Source: Legionellales bacterium
GTDB taxonomy: Bacteria > Pseudomonadota > Gammaproteobacteria > M30B25
Assembly (NCBI GenBank): GCA_047404175.1
Contig: JBDOIW010000021.1
Span: 2,018 to 66,017 of the forward strand
Direction: 5' to 3'
DNA: 64,000 nt
Below the pieces are notes generated by a model that saw nothing but the letters and a program-made list of their open reading frames with translations, made no database searches and was not told the DNA's origin. Position numbers and translations under genes: made by a program. Shown one piece after another: positions 32,266 to 42,942 of this stretch (the stretch's first letter is position 1; each line of letters opens with the position of its first letter).

Positions 32266-32892
32266 ATGCGGTATTGTTCAATGAAAAACACAAATTCACC
32301 AGACACTAGAAAACTTTATGAGAATCATCAGCAGCGATGGGAAGAATTTTCTAGGGAAGTCATTGATTTATTAGCTGGTCAAATCGAGGTAGAGGGTGGT
32401 GTGGTTCGTTACAAAGGCGAGACCTATCCTATTCATTTTTTAGCACCTCCTACTTGAGATATTGTTACTTTTGAATCCATATTGCATGACTTAGCAGATA
32501 AAAGGGCAACTATTGGCCGTGAATTGAATCACAACGAAAAAATGGGTGTTTTTCAAGGTGAAAGTTATCAGGCTTTTTAACTATTTTCTTGGCCAACGCA
32601 AGATCGTAATCCATGGCCCTCCATGGATGAGTCGGTTGCAAGTGTAATGGATTCTCTCAAAGCAAGCACTATGGATAAGGGGGAGAAAGATACTGATCCT
32701 TATGGTGGTGACGCAGAACGTTATGTTCTTGAAAGTGGGTATTCTTTAATGCTTGCGGAAAAGACAGAGCATGATGGTGAAGTAATCCAATATACTGTCC
32801 TTATGCCAGGGCTGAATGATGTAATTTTGCGAAAAATGACGCCAAAGTCTGAACCAAATGAAAATCATTATCTTCTCCTTGGACCGATATGA
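32266..32892 (+). pseudogene. Candidate disrupted gene. One reading frame of ~208 codons is interrupted by two in-frame stops (TGA 32455-32457, TAA 32578-32580). Product unknown.
   Basis: Track ORFs 32266-32457 and 32623-32892 share a frame, as does the 41-codon stop-free stretch between them (checked codon by codon). fis normally follows dusB, but this product is not Fis-like. Confidence 0.4.
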
Positions 32893-33013
32893 TGAGTAGA
32901 GTTTATCGCTGGCTCATAAGACAGCCAAGGATGATTTTTTGTATTACTATGTAGACTTTTCTTTTTTTTATGTTAAGTTAATATATGTATCTTACTTTTG
33001 CTTTGGGGAGCAT

Positions 33014-33307
33014 ATGGAATCAATCGAACAGACAAAATCGAGTCAAATGAACGAGAATACCTCATCGATAATTTATATTTGGTTAGGTGTTTCTCTTCAT
33101 CTGATATTGCTACATTATTTTCCTAGTATAAATGGTATTAAAGCAACTCTACTGACCTTGGTTTTTATTAGTATCTGGTTACCTCTCGTGGTTTTTTCAT
33201 CGTCTGATCTCAAAAAGCGTATAGACCAAGCGGTACACACTCGTCCATGGTTAATTTATTTGCTCATGGTTCTATATCTAGTATTTTTATTTTGTATGCC
33301 TGACTAG
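33014..33307 (+). CDS. Small hypothetical membrane protein (~98 aa from MESIEQTK...; track ORF starts at 32939)
   Basis: Two or three hydrophobic helices. No homology recognised. Confidence 0.4.
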   Translation: MESIEQTKSSQMNENTSSIIYIWLGVSLHLILLHYFPSINGIKATLLTLVFISIWLPLVVFSSSDLKKRIDQAVHTRPWLIYLLMVLYLVFLFCMPD

Positions 33308-33508
33308 CCGATTCAACCAAAGGGCAAACCGTAGCTCGGTAAAGCGTGCAACAATGATCCTGTAGAAGCCATAAGGTCATTTTTTTTAGCGACGAGATAC
33401 TAGAGATATAACTGCATTTTTCCTGGTTTTTATTGCTTTAGTGCTCTTAAGTTGTTACCCTTAGGCTGTGTTTTGTTGAGTAAATTTTGAGGCACGGTTC
33501 AATCTGAT

Positions 33509-34969
33509 ATGCAAGAAGATAACTTCACTTATAAAGGACGTTTTTTAAACATCTTTAATGCCTTGGCTGTCGGTGTTATGGCCATGTTTTCATTTAAGAA
33601 AGTGCTTTATATTTTTGGTGCGGTAGCATTAGGGGCTACATTTCCTTCTTGGGCCTTAGCCAGCATGGTAACATCTGGTGTCTTGATTGCTATTATCACA
33701 GCGGCAATGTACCCAGGTGATCCATGGCTAGGACTGAAAAAATATCTTACAACGTTGCGAAGAGAAACATCGTGGTTGGCTCACCTTTATGGTCATCTAG
33801 GTGGTTTGATCAAAGCTTTTATGGCTTTTGCAGGAGTATGGGGCATCGCAAGTGCATTGCTTGGTTCAAGTGCCTTTGCCTTACTACCCGTTACCATTGC
33901 GTTTGCTGTTGTGGGTGGACTTACAGGGCTTTCACAATATTTTGTCGAAGCCTCTACTTTGATTCCTGAGTCTCAAGATCTTTTCACACATAAGCCCGAT
34001 CGAAAAATAGCACCGACTCATAATGCTAAACAACAGCTTTTAACGATGATCAAATGGCCGCTGGTTGTTCTCCATGCTCTAGGCCAAGGGCTTGGTTTTT
34101 TTGCATGTTTGCTTATGTTTGGCTCTATATCAAGTACAATGCTGCCTGTAGTGATTGCACTAGGGGTTGTCGCTACTTTGATTATTGGGCCTTCAACAGG
34201 ACGTTACTATGGTGAGCCTTTTTTTGGTTGGGGTGCCACTCTTTATTTGTCCAAGCCTATACTTGATAATCTTATGACCAATGTTCATTTGTTTAAAGCT
34301 GTATCAGATAAGCTTCAAAAGTCCGGGGTAAGCACGGAAGCTATTACTCAACAAATAAAAAAGATAGATCAGCAGCAGGCTCAACAACCAGCACAGAAGC
34401 AGAAGCAGGAGCAACTAGCAAGAGCGTTTGGCTATCAGGTTCGTTGGTCAGAACAACGATCACGGTCATGGTCTGAGCGAGGGGTTCAGTCTTTAGGCTA
34501 TGTTGTTGGTTTTGTTGGGGCCGGTTTTAAAGGAGCTCTTGCTTTTGCGGGGACTGTTGTGTTTTTTTCTTTGTGTCTTTCTGGAACGCTCACAACACTT
34601 CTTGTTGCTCCTCCTGCATTTGTGCTGGCCATTAGCTTGGTGGTTGGTATTGCGACATGGATTGTTCAATCTGCTAGAGCATGTCCCAATACTGCTCAAA
34701 CATTTGTTGACTGTGCCTTGCAGCAAGGCCTTATCGACAAAAACCCTAGTGATACAAAGGCTCAAGCCAATGTCAAAGCCAATGCCCAAGCTAGGCTCTT
34801 ATCGAAAAAAGATGGCCATCTTCATCCACAGGGTTATCCTTTTGGGAGACAATTGAGGCCATCTTCGAAAGATGGCTTCAAAGCCTCAAACCCACAGGGT
34901 TCGGGCAGTTATATTGAGGTAACAAGCTCCCATGAGTGGGGGTGTGGACAACGATTAGGTGATTCTTAG
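33509..34969 (+). CDS. Hypothetical membrane protein (486 aa) with a central Q-rich coiled segment. No family recognised.
   Basis: Two TM-helix blocks flank QQIKKIDQQQAQQPAQKQKQEQLARAF. Soluble C-terminal tail. Confidence 0.6.
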   Translation: MQEDNFTYKGRFLNIFNALAVGVMAMFSFKKVLYIFGAVALGATFPSWALASMVTSGVLIAIITAAMYPGDPWLGLKKYLTTLRRETSWLAHLYGHLGGLIKAFMAFAGVWGIASALLGSSAFALLPVTIAFAVVGGLTGLSQYFVEASTLIPESQDLFTHKPDRKIAPTHNAKQQLLTMIKWPLVVLHALGQGLGFFACLLMFGSISSTMLPVVIALGVVATLIIGPSTGRYYGEPFFGWGATLYLSKPILDNLMTNVHLFKAVSDKLQKSGVSTEAITQQIKKIDQQQAQQPAQKQKQEQLARAFGYQVRWSEQRSRSWSERGVQSLGYVVGFVGAGFKGALAFAGTVVFFSLCLSGTLTTLLVAPPAFVLAISLVVGIATWIVQSARACPNTAQTFVDCALQQGLIDKNPSDTKAQANVKANAQARLLSKKDGHLHPQGYPFGRQLRPSSKDGFKASNPQGSGSYIEVTSSHEWGCGQRLGDS

Positions 34970-35195
34970 TTCAATGAGGCAAATCTATTCACGATAAGTC
35001 TTTTGCTTCAAAAGATTACCTTTGGCAGCTTATCCCAATGGTTAAGCTGGCCATCGATACTGTAACATTTAATCCAATAACCATCTTTCTTGCGTTTTAT
35101 CATGGAAATGTTTTTAACGCTATAAACAACGTTATTAAAGTATAAAGTGTGTTAGCTAGTTCGTAGATAAATGGGGTAGAAAATAAAATGAAGAG

Positions 35196-35228
35196 TAAAA
35201 AAAACCAGGGGAAAATCCCCTGGTTTTG
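35196..35228. terminator. Bidirectional rho-independent terminator between the 486-aa gene and nrdB
   Basis: A8, then stem CCAGGGG / CCCCTGG with loop AAAAT, then TTTTGG. Confidence 0.8.
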
Positions 35229-35245
35229 GATGACCTGGTTGTCAT

Positions 35246-36574
35246 TTAATCGTCCCACTCTAAAGCACCACCTGTTTGGTACTCTGTGACGCGTGTTTCA
35301 AAAAAGTTTTTCTCTTTTTTTAGATCCATCATTTCACTCATCCATGGGAAAGGGTTCTCTGCCCCTGGATACTGCTCAGGCAAGCCTATTTGTAAGCAGC
35401 GACGGTTGGCAATAAATTGCAGATATTCCTCAAACATTTTTGCATTCATGCCCAGTACCCCTTGTGGCATGGTATCCTTTGCGTACTGTGTTTCTAATTC
35501 GACGCCTTTGCGAATAAGTGCCATCATCTCTTGTTGGAATGATTCAGACCAAAGATGCGGATTTTCAATTTTAATTTGGTTAATGACATCAATACCAAAG
35601 TTTAAATGCATCGATTCATCACGTAAAATATATTGGAATTGTTCTGATGTCCCTACCATTTTATTACGTCGTCCCATCGATAGCACCTGGGTAAAGCCTA
35701 CGTAGAAGAAAATACCTTCAAACACAACGTAAAAGGCAATAAGGTCTCGTAATAAACGTTGATCATTTTCATGCGTCCCTGTTTTAAAGAGAGGATCGGC
35801 TAAACTTTGCGTGAAGGGAAGTGCAAACTCTGCTTTAGTAGCAACACAGGGGACTTCGCGGTACATGTTGAAAATCTCACCTTCATCCATGCCAAGGCTT
35901 TCAATGACATACTGATAGGCATGAGTATGAATCGCTTCTTCAAGCGCCTGACGCAACAAATATTGACGACACTCAGGGTTAGTGATGTGACGATAAATAG
36001 CAAGCACTAGGTTGTTTGCCACTAAAGAATCTGCAGTAGAGAAGAACCCTAAGTTGCGCATAATGATGGTGCGCTCAGCCTCGGTTAAGCCATTAGGATC
36101 TTTCCACAAAGCAATGTCAGCTGCCATGTTGATTTCTTGAGGCATCCAGTGATTGGCACTTCCTGCCAAGTATTTTTCCCATGCCCATGTATATTTAAAA
36201 GGCACAAGTTGATTAAGATCACAATCATCACAATTGATGATGCGCTTTTTATCTGCGGTGATTCTTTCGGTCCCCATTAAATGGCCTTGCACAGGGTTAT
36301 CAGAATGTTTTTCAGTATCTGCATTTTCTACAGGCATTTCCACTGTAGGGTCGAAGCTCTCAGTAGATACTTTTGCTTCTTCCTGAGCCTGAGAAACTAC
36401 GGTTTCAGTGTGACTTTGTTGTGCTGATTTTTGCGCAGCTTGTTTTTGCTCAAATAAATCAAGATTACGTTTGTCAACAGCGGACTTACTTGTGCTTGAG
36501 GCGTTTTCATCAGCAGGTCTTTCTTTTACTGCAATGTCGCTATCGTATTCTTCCCAGCTTAAAAGTGAACTCAT
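35246..36574 (-). CDS. nrdB: Ribonucleoside-diphosphate reductase beta subunit (class I) with a ~100-aa acidic, low-complexity N-terminal extension
   Basis: Core ([21 protein letters not shown]...[10 protein letters not shown]...[10 protein letters not shown]) matches R2 proteins. The true start might be the internal Met ([11 protein letters not shown]...). Confidence 0.9.
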   Translation of the reverse strand: MSSLLSWEEYDSDIAVKERPADENASSTSKSAVDKRNLDLFEQKQAAQKSAQQSHTETVVSQAQEEAKVSTESFDPTVEMPVENADTEKHSDNPVQGHLMGTERITADKKRIINCDDCDLNQLVPFKYTWAWEKYLAGSANHWMPQEINMAADIALWKDPNGLTEAERTIIMRNLGFFSTADSLVANNLVLAIYRHITNPECRQYLLRQALEEAIHTHAYQYVIESLGMDEGEIFNMYREVPCVATKAEFALPFTQSLADPLFKTGTHENDQRLLRDLIAFYVVFEGIFFYVGFTQVLSMGRRNKMVGTSEQFQYILRDESMHLNFGIDVINQIKIENPHLWSESFQQEMMALIRKGVELETQYAKDTMPQGVLGMNAKMFEEYLQFIANRRCLQIGLPEQYPGAENPFPWMSEMMDLKKEKNFFETRVTEYQTGGALEWDD

Positions 36575-36597
36575 GATAAATCTCCTTTAGATTAAAT

Positions 36598-39405
36598 TTA
36601 CTGGCACGCTTCACAATCAGGATCGTCAATGGAGCATGCTTTGGGTGGGTTTGATACTGCATTAAGTGCACTATCGTGAATGGTTGATTTTTCTGCATTA
36701 GTGGCGCCAAGACTACGTAGATAGTACGTGGTTTTTAGGCCAAGTAACCATGCCATTCGGTATAGGACATCAAGTTTCTTCCCGGAAGGCTGTCCCATAT
36801 ATAAATTAAGAGATTGTGCCTGGTCTAACCATTTTTGACGCCTGGATGCGGATTCAACTAACCACTTGGGATCAAGCTCAAAGGCACTACGATAACGTTC
36901 TTTAAGTTCGGCAGGAACACGTTTAATCTTCTGAATACTGCCATCGTAGTATTTCAAATCATTAAGCATAGCGTCATCCCAAAGAGATTGCTGTCTTAGT
37001 TCATCAACTAAATATCTGTTTACAATAGTAAACTCTCCAGACATGTTGGATTTGACGAAAAGGTTTTGATACGTTGGCTCAATCGATTGTGACACTCCGC
37101 AAATATTAGAAATAGTGGCAGTAGGAGCAATGGCCATAACGTTGGAGTTGCGTATACCTTGTGTTTTTACTTTTTCTCGTAGTGTTTCCCAGTCAAGCGT
37201 TTGTGTACGGTCTTGTTCAAGGTACTTCCCACGTGATGCTTGTAACAACTCGATAGAATCTATTGGTAGAATACCCTTGTGCCAAAGTGATCCCTCAAAT
37301 GACTCGTAAGATCCTCGCTCTTTTGCTAATTCAGAAGAGGCTTCAATAGCATGATAGGCAATAAGTTCCATGCTGCGGTCAGCAAATTCAACAGCAGGAG
37401 CTGATGCGTATGCTAATTTTTGGATATAAAGCGCATCCTGGAAGCCCATAATTCCCATACCCACTGGGCGGTGCTTGAGGTTGGAATTTCTGGCTTGTGG
37501 TACTGTGTAGTGGTTAATATTGATCACATTATCTAACATACGAACAGCTGTTTTAATGGTCTGTTGTAGTTTGGTGATATCAAGGCCTTCTGGCATGACA
37601 TGTTGCGCCAAGTTGATACTTCCTAGGTTACATACCGCGACTTCTTCTTTATTAGTGTTGAGAGTGATTTCCGTGCATAAGTTGGAACTATGCACAACAC
37701 CGACATGCTGCTGAGGAGAACGAAGGTTGCAAGGATCTTTGAAAGTGACCCATGGGTGACCTGTTTCAAATAACATACCTAACATTTTGCGCCACAAGGT
37801 GATTGCAGAAATAGTTTTGCTGCGTATTTCTCCTTTCTGCGCCTTTTCTTCATACTCTTGGTAAAGCTTACTGAAGTCTTTTCCGTAAGCATCGTGAAGG
37901 CCAGGAACTTCATCTGGTGAAAAGAGAGTCCAGTCAGATTCTTCAAACACACGCTCCATAAAAAGATCTGGAATCCAGTTGGCAGTGTTCATGTCATGGG
38001 TACGTCGTCGATCGTCCCCTGTGTTTTTACGTAGCTCAAGAAACTCTTCGATATCCATGTGCCAAGTACTGAGGTAACCGACAACCGCCCCTTTACGTTT
38101 TCCACCTTGGTTCACGGCAATAGCGGTTGCATCCGCTACGTTCATGAATGGAACAACACCTTGGGATTCGCCGTTTGTGCCCTTAATGTGAGAGCCCATG
38201 GCACGCACAGGTGTCCAGTCGTTGCCTATGCCTCCAGCAAACTTTGAGAGCATGGCATTGTCACGGATACTACCGTAAATACCTTCCAAATCGTCTGGTA
38301 TAGTGGTTAAAAAGCAGCTAGAAAGCTGAGGCCGTAGTGTGCCTGAGTTAAATAGAGTTGGCGTTGAGCACATGTAGTCAAGTTTTGAAATAAGGTTGTA
38401 GAATTCAATGACTCTAGCTTCGCGATCATCTTTTTCTTCAATAGCAAGTCCCATCGCGATACGCATAAAGAAAATCTGTGGAAGTTCATAACGATCCCCA
38501 CGATAATGTAAGAAATAACGGTCATACAAGGTTTGTAGACCAAGATAAGTAAACAAGTGATCTCTCTCTGGCATGATGGCTTTTGCCAAGCGGCCAAGGT
38601 CGAATTCAGCTAGTTTAGGATCTAGCATGTCTAGTTCAATGCCTCGAGTAATATAGCTTCTGAAGGCTTGTTGATAAGCTTTTTGGGGATCTTTTTTGTA
38701 ATTGGTGCTTACATTTAATGTATCTAGTGCTTCTTGGAATAGAGAAACTAGTAGTATACGAGCTGTAACAAATGTGTATTCAGGTTGTTTTTCAATGAGT
38801 GTGCGTCCACTCATGGTTAGTGCTTTATAAAGATCACTTTCTTGGATACCTTCAAAAATACTGCGTTCTGTTTCTTTGAGGATCAACTCTGCACTTGTGT
38901 CTGGATAAGGGGCGCAGGCATTATGAACGAGATCCTCAATCACTTTAGCCGATATCGTAGCTGCCTCTCCATTCTTTTTGGTGATGTTATATTTTCGGCT
39001 AGCTTTTTCTTGCTCTTGTGCTTCATTTTCAAGACGTATTTTTCGTCTTTCTTCTCGGTAGAGTACATAGCTTCTTGCAACTTTTGCTTGTTCGCTACGC
39101 ATCAGTTCAAGTTCAACTTGATCTTGGATGGTTTCAATATGAATAATGCCACCTTCCTGATGTCGACGCTTCAGTGATTCACCTACTTTCCCAGTGATAA
39201 TCTTGGCTGCTTCGTGAACAAATTCTGGGTTGTTAGCTTCAGTAGATTCAGTGGCTAAGAATGCTTTTGTAACGGCAACTTGAATTTTTTCTAGATCAAA
39301 AGGGGTGATGGTGCCATTGCGGCGAATAACATTGATTTGACCTGGTTCTGGAACAAAAATGACTTGTTTTTTTGTTGTATTATCAGTTACATGTGTTGTT
39401 GTCAT
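36598..39405 (-). CDS. nrdA: Ribonucleoside-diphosphate reductase alpha subunit (class Ia, ATP-cone)
   Basis: 935 aa. VIRRNGTITPFDLEKIQVAVTKAF (ATP-cone) plus catalytic core motifs (CNLGSINL, NSNVMAIAPTATIS). Confidence 0.95.
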   Translation of the reverse strand: MTTTHVTDNTTKKQVIFVPEPGQINVIRRNGTITPFDLEKIQVAVTKAFLATESTEANNPEFVHEAAKIITGKVGESLKRRHQEGGIIHIETIQDQVELELMRSEQAKVARSYVLYREERRKIRLENEAQEQEKASRKYNITKKNGEAATISAKVIEDLVHNACAPYPDTSAELILKETERSIFEGIQESDLYKALTMSGRTLIEKQPEYTFVTARILLVSLFQEALDTLNVSTNYKKDPQKAYQQAFRSYITRGIELDMLDPKLAEFDLGRLAKAIMPERDHLFTYLGLQTLYDRYFLHYRGDRYELPQIFFMRIAMGLAIEEKDDREARVIEFYNLISKLDYMCSTPTLFNSGTLRPQLSSCFLTTIPDDLEGIYGSIRDNAMLSKFAGGIGNDWTPVRAMGSHIKGTNGESQGVVPFMNVADATAIAVNQGGKRKGAVVGYLSTWHMDIEEFLELRKNTGDDRRRTHDMNTANWIPDLFMERVFEESDWTLFSPDEVPGLHDAYGKDFSKLYQEYEEKAQKGEIRSKTISAITLWRKMLGMLFETGHPWVTFKDPCNLRSPQQHVGVVHSSNLCTEITLNTNKEEVAVCNLGSINLAQHVMPEGLDITKLQQTIKTAVRMLDNVININHYTVPQARNSNLKHRPVGMGIMGFQDALYIQKLAYASAPAVEFADRSMELIAYHAIEASSELAKERGSYESFEGSLWHKGILPIDSIELLQASRGKYLEQDRTQTLDWETLREKVKTQGIRNSNVMAIAPTATISNICGVSQSIEPTYQNLFVKSNMSGEFTIVNRYLVDELRQQSLWDDAMLNDLKYYDGSIQKIKRVPAELKERYRSAFELDPKWLVESASRRQKWLDQAQSLNLYMGQPSGKKLDVLYRMAWLLGLKTTYYLRSLGATNAEKSTIHDSALNAVSNPPKACSIDDPDCEACQ

Positions 39406-39512
39406 GGAGGACTCCTCTGTTGTATTTTTTTCATTCCGTTGAAAGTCTATAACCCAATATATAGGGTTTTATTTCTCCTGTAAACACAATATGGTGTGTT
39501 TTTTGGGAAGTC

Positions 39513-40109
39513 TTGGCCAATCAATCGCTTGCGTTGTTTATTCATCAGATGAATCATATGCACGCTTATGCTATGATCACAAAAAAGGACAAACACGACA
39601 GACGGATGAACAGACAAGGCAAGCAATCAAGTTGGATTGATCGAGACGGTTTTAGGGCAAATGTTGGAATCGTACTTATCAACAAGCAGGATCAGATTTT
39701 TTTAGGAAGGCGAGTCGGTGGACATAATGCTTGGCAATTGCCGCAAGGGGGGATTCAACTACAAGAACCACTTGAGCAAGCTTTATACCGTGAATTAGAT
39801 GAAGAAGTTGGTATTGGTCGTGATTTAGTGCGTGTGGAAGCGCAAATTAAACATTGGATTTACTATCGACTTCCGGCACAATATATACGTCATCATGTGA
39901 TGCCCTTGTGTATTGGCCAAAAGCAAAAATGGTTTTTATTGCGTTATTTGGGAGAAGATGAGGCGATTCAAGTGACAAAACATAAGCCCCATGAATTTGA
40001 TGATTGGGCTTGGGTTGATTTTTGGGAGCCACTAAAGCGAGTTGTTGATTTTAAAAAGCACGTTTACAGAGAGGTGTTGAGAAACTTTGAGTCAACCATT
40101 GCTTCTTAA
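39513..40109 (+). CDS. rppH: RNA pyrophosphohydrolase (NUDIX). True start is probably downstream, ~39606 (MNRQGK...).
   Basis: GFRANVGIVLINKQDQIFLGRRVGGHNAWQLPQGGIQLQEPLEQALYRELDEEVG...CIGQKQKWFLLRY matches E. coli RppH. Confidence 0.85.
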   Translation: MANQSLALFIHQMNHMHAYAMITKKDKHDRRMNRQGKQSSWIDRDGFRANVGIVLINKQDQIFLGRRVGGHNAWQLPQGGIQLQEPLEQALYRELDEEVGIGRDLVRVEAQIKHWIYYRLPAQYIRHHVMPLCIGQKQKWFLLRYLGEDEAIQVTKHKPHEFDDWAWVDFWEPLKRVVDFKKHVYREVLRNFESTIAS

Positions 40110-40170
40110 TAGAATGCTTCAGTGGTGAGCTAGCTAAGGATAGGGCAACCGTTTTTTAGGAGAGGTACTT

Positions 40171-40974
40171 TTGAGTTTATTTATTTTATTTATCATGGGG
40201 TATGCCTGCTTGGGGGCCATTGTTGGGTTAATGTCAGGGTTGCTTGGCATTGGCGGGGGCATCATCATGGTGCCTTGCTTAACGCTCTTGCTTCCTTTAC
40301 AAGGTGTGCCTTGGGATTTAGTCTTTCCCGTTGTGGTTGCAACGTCACTTGCAGTGATTGGTATCACTAGTTCTATTTCATTATTTTGTTATTTGCGTTC
40401 TGGGCATGAAGTGTGGTCTGTCTATTCAAAACTCTTTTTGGGTGTTATTTTAGGTGTGCTTCTAGGGGTCATGATGGGCTATACTTTGTCACCTGCTATT
40501 CTCAAAGTGATTTTTTCTTTGTTTCTTTTATGTGTTGCTCTATTGCTTTGGCAAGATTACCAGCCAAAACCAGAGCGTCATTTACCTAACCGTCTAGGTT
40601 TATCCTCCATTTTTTTCTTGGTGGGATTAAAGTCTGGTTTATTCGGTGTTGGGGGTGGCATGATTACAACGCCCTACCTCTTGTATTGTAATGTGCCTAT
40701 TCGTCGCGCTTTTGCTATCGCATGCTCTGTGAGCGCAACCGTTGCTGCAGTTGGCGTCACTGCATTTATGCTACGTGCTCAAACGCTAAGCCCTATAGTT
40801 ATCCCTTATAGTATGGGGTATATCTTTTTGCCCGCCTTTTTAGGTATGGCCTTGATTAGCCCTTTGACAGTACGCTTAGGCGTTCACTATGCGCATTATT
40901 TTTCAACAACCACGCTAAAGCGTATTCTTTCAGGCTTTTTACTAGTGGCTGCCATTGATATGTGGTTGAGTTAA
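40171..40974 (+). CDS. TauE/SafE-family (YfcA-like) anion exporter membrane protein
   Basis: 267 aa, ~8 TM. Duplicated 4-TM halves with G-rich motifs (LLGIGGGIIMVP / LFGVGGGMITTP). Confidence 0.7.
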   Translation: MSLFILFIMGYACLGAIVGLMSGLLGIGGGIIMVPCLTLLLPLQGVPWDLVFPVVVATSLAVIGITSSISLFCYLRSGHEVWSVYSKLFLGVILGVLLGVMMGYTLSPAILKVIFSLFLLCVALLLWQDYQPKPERHLPNRLGLSSIFFLVGLKSGLFGVGGGMITTPYLLYCNVPIRRAFAIACSVSATVAAVGVTAFMLRAQTLSPIVIPYSMGYIFLPAFLGMALISPLTVRLGVHYAHYFSTTTLKRILSGFLLVAAIDMWLS

Positions 40975-40986
40975 TAGGAGGTAAGT

Positions 40987-41781
40987 ATGATCTGGACTTA
41001 TCACGGTATCGATCCTGTCATGGTGCACCTCGGGCCTGTCGCCATTCATTGGTACGGCGTGATGTACATGCTTGGTTTTGTCGGGGCATGGTGGCTAGCG
41101 CAGCGTCGCCGTCATCACTTATCACCTACGCTCACCAAAGATGATATAAGCGACTTGATTTTTTATAGCGCTTTGGGTGTTGTTTTGGGTGGTCGTATTG
41201 GTTACATGGTGTTTTATGGTTTTCATACGTTGCTTGCTGACCCTTTGGCATTATTTCGCATATGGGAAGGTGGTATGTCTTTTCATGGCGGCTGCTTGGG
41301 TGTGTTTGTGGGGGGGGGGGTTTTTGCAAGAAAACACGGATTAACCTGGTTTGCTATCATGGACTTTGTTGCGCCTTTTGTGCCTATTGGTCTTGGTACT
41401 GGTCGCTTGGGTAATTTTATTAATGGCGAGTTATGGGGGCGTTTAACCGATGGTTCTTGGGGGGTTGTTTTTCCCCATGTGGATCAATTTCCAAGACATC
41501 CTTCCCAGCTTTACGAGTGCATCCTTGAGGGAGTGGTCTTATTCACTATTTTAATGGTTTTCTCTAGCAAGCCACGTCCCAAGTCAGCAGTATCTGCGCT
41601 ATTTTTAATCGGTTATGGAAGTGCTCGATTTGTGGTTGAATGGTTTCGTGAGCCTGATGCCCATTTGGGGCTTTTGAGCTTTGGATTATCTATGGGGCAG
41701 TGGTTGTCCTTGCCTATGATTATTTTTGGCGTTATGCTGATGTTTTGGGCGTACCGTTCTTCAAGGAAACAACATGACTAG
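40987..41781 (+). CDS. lgt: Prolipoprotein diacylglyceryl transferase
   Basis: [11 protein letters not shown]...[10 protein letters not shown]...[10 protein letters not shown]...[14 protein letters not shown] matches the Lgt signature. Confidence 0.92.
   Translation: MIWTYHGIDPVMVHLGPVAIHWYGVMYMLGFVGAWWLAQRRRHHLSPTLTKDDISDLIFYSALGVVLGGRIGYMVFYGFHTLLADPLALFRIWEGGMSFHGGCLGVFVGGGVFARKHGLTWFAIMDFVAPFVPIGLGTGRLGNFINGELWGRLTDGSWGVVFPHVDQFPRHPSQLYECILEGVVLFTILMVFSSKPRPKSAVSALFLIGYGSARFVVEWFREPDAHLGLLSFGLSMGQWLSLPMIIFGVMLMFWAYRSSRKQHD
41310..41320 (+). repeat. G11 homopolymeric tract inside lgt (encodes VGGGV)
   Basis: Direct read: ...tgtgtttgtg gggggggggg ttttt... Confidence 0.85.
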
Positions 41782-42109
41782 ACTTAAACACGCGTTGACT
41801 CTACTAGTACTGAGTGTCTTGGCGGCTTATTTCTCGACGTATTTTCGTATTCTACTTGTTGCGATCGAGAGTTTGCCTGTTTATCTAGAGCACTTTTTTG
41901 CAGGCATGATTGCTGAAGGTGGCCTTAACCTTTATGTTGCCTATGGCTTAATCATGTGGTTAACCACAGCGCTTTATGCTTGTTTTTTACTAGGCGCTTA
42001 TTGGCTGATGAATCGTCGGTTACCCCCTCAATTCTATCAGGTTATAATTGCGATATGGTTTGTAGTTTATGTTGTAATGGCATTAGGCCCCGAAACATTA
42101 GCATTATGA
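41774..42109 (+). CDS. Small hypothetical membrane protein (111 aa). Overlaps the lgt stop by 8 nt, just upstream of thyA.
   Basis: Three predicted TM helices. No homology recognised. Confidence 0.45.
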   Translation: MTRLKHALTLLVLSVLAAYFSTYFRILLVAIESLPVYLEHFFAGMIAEGGLNLYVAYGLIMWLTTALYACFLLGAYWLMNRRLPPQFYQVIIAIWFVVYVVMALGPETLAL

Positions 42110-42130
42110 TAAAAAGTAAAGAGGTATAAA

Positions 42131-42922
42131 ATGAGAGTTTATCAAGATTTTTTGCGCCATATCTTAAGTGTAGGCCAGCCTAAACACGATAGAACAGGAG
42201 TGGGGACTTTAAGTACCTTTGGCTACCAGATGCGCTTTGATCTACAGCAAGGGTTTCCTTTGGTGACAACCAAAAAAGTGCATTTTAAAAGTATTGTGCA
42301 TGAGCTATTATTTTTTATTCGAGGTGAGACTAATATTCAGTCCCTCAATGATCAAGGCGTCAGTATTTGGGATGAGTGGGCAGATGAAAATGGCGATTTA
42401 GGGCCTGTTTATGGTGCCCAATGGCGTTCCTGGACAGGGGCTAATAATCAAACCTTTGATCAGTTAACGCAGCTGATTGAGCAAATCAAGACCAACCCTC
42501 ACTCAAGACGACACATTATCAGTGCATGGAATGTGGCAGAATTAGATAAAATGGCCCTTATGCCTTGTCACGTGATGTTTCAGTTTTATATCGTGAATAA
42601 TCAACTGTCTTGTATGTTGACCCAACGAAGTGCGGATGCCTTTCTTGGTGTGCCTTTTAACATTGCATCCTATGCTTTATTGACCCATATGATTGCGAAT
42701 GAATGTGGTTTAGAAGTGGGTGAATTTATCTGGTCAGGTGGTGATTGTCACATTTATAGCAATCATATTGAGCAAGTTGAGTTGCAGCTAACACGCGAGC
42801 CTTTGCCTTTGCCAAGGATAAAGCTCACAGAGAATAAGCCTGTTTGTGACATGGAGTTTGCTGATATTCAGTTACTTGATTATCAATCTCATCCAAAAAT
42901 TACAGCTCCTGTTGCTGTTTAA
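42131..42922 (+). CDS. thyA: Thymidylate synthase
   Basis: 263 aa with the ThyA signature ([22 protein letters not shown]..., [25 protein letters not shown]). Confidence 0.97.
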   Translation: MRVYQDFLRHILSVGQPKHDRTGVGTLSTFGYQMRFDLQQGFPLVTTKKVHFKSIVHELLFFIRGETNIQSLNDQGVSIWDEWADENGDLGPVYGAQWRSWTGANNQTFDQLTQLIEQIKTNPHSRRHIISAWNVAELDKMALMPCHVMFQFYIVNNQLSCMLTQRSADAFLGVPFNIASYALLTHMIANECGLEVGEFIWSGGDCHIYSNHIEQVELQLTREPLPLPRIKLTENKPVCDMEFADIQLLDYQSHPKITAPVAV

Positions 42923-42942
42923 CTAAATGAAAGGAGCCCATT

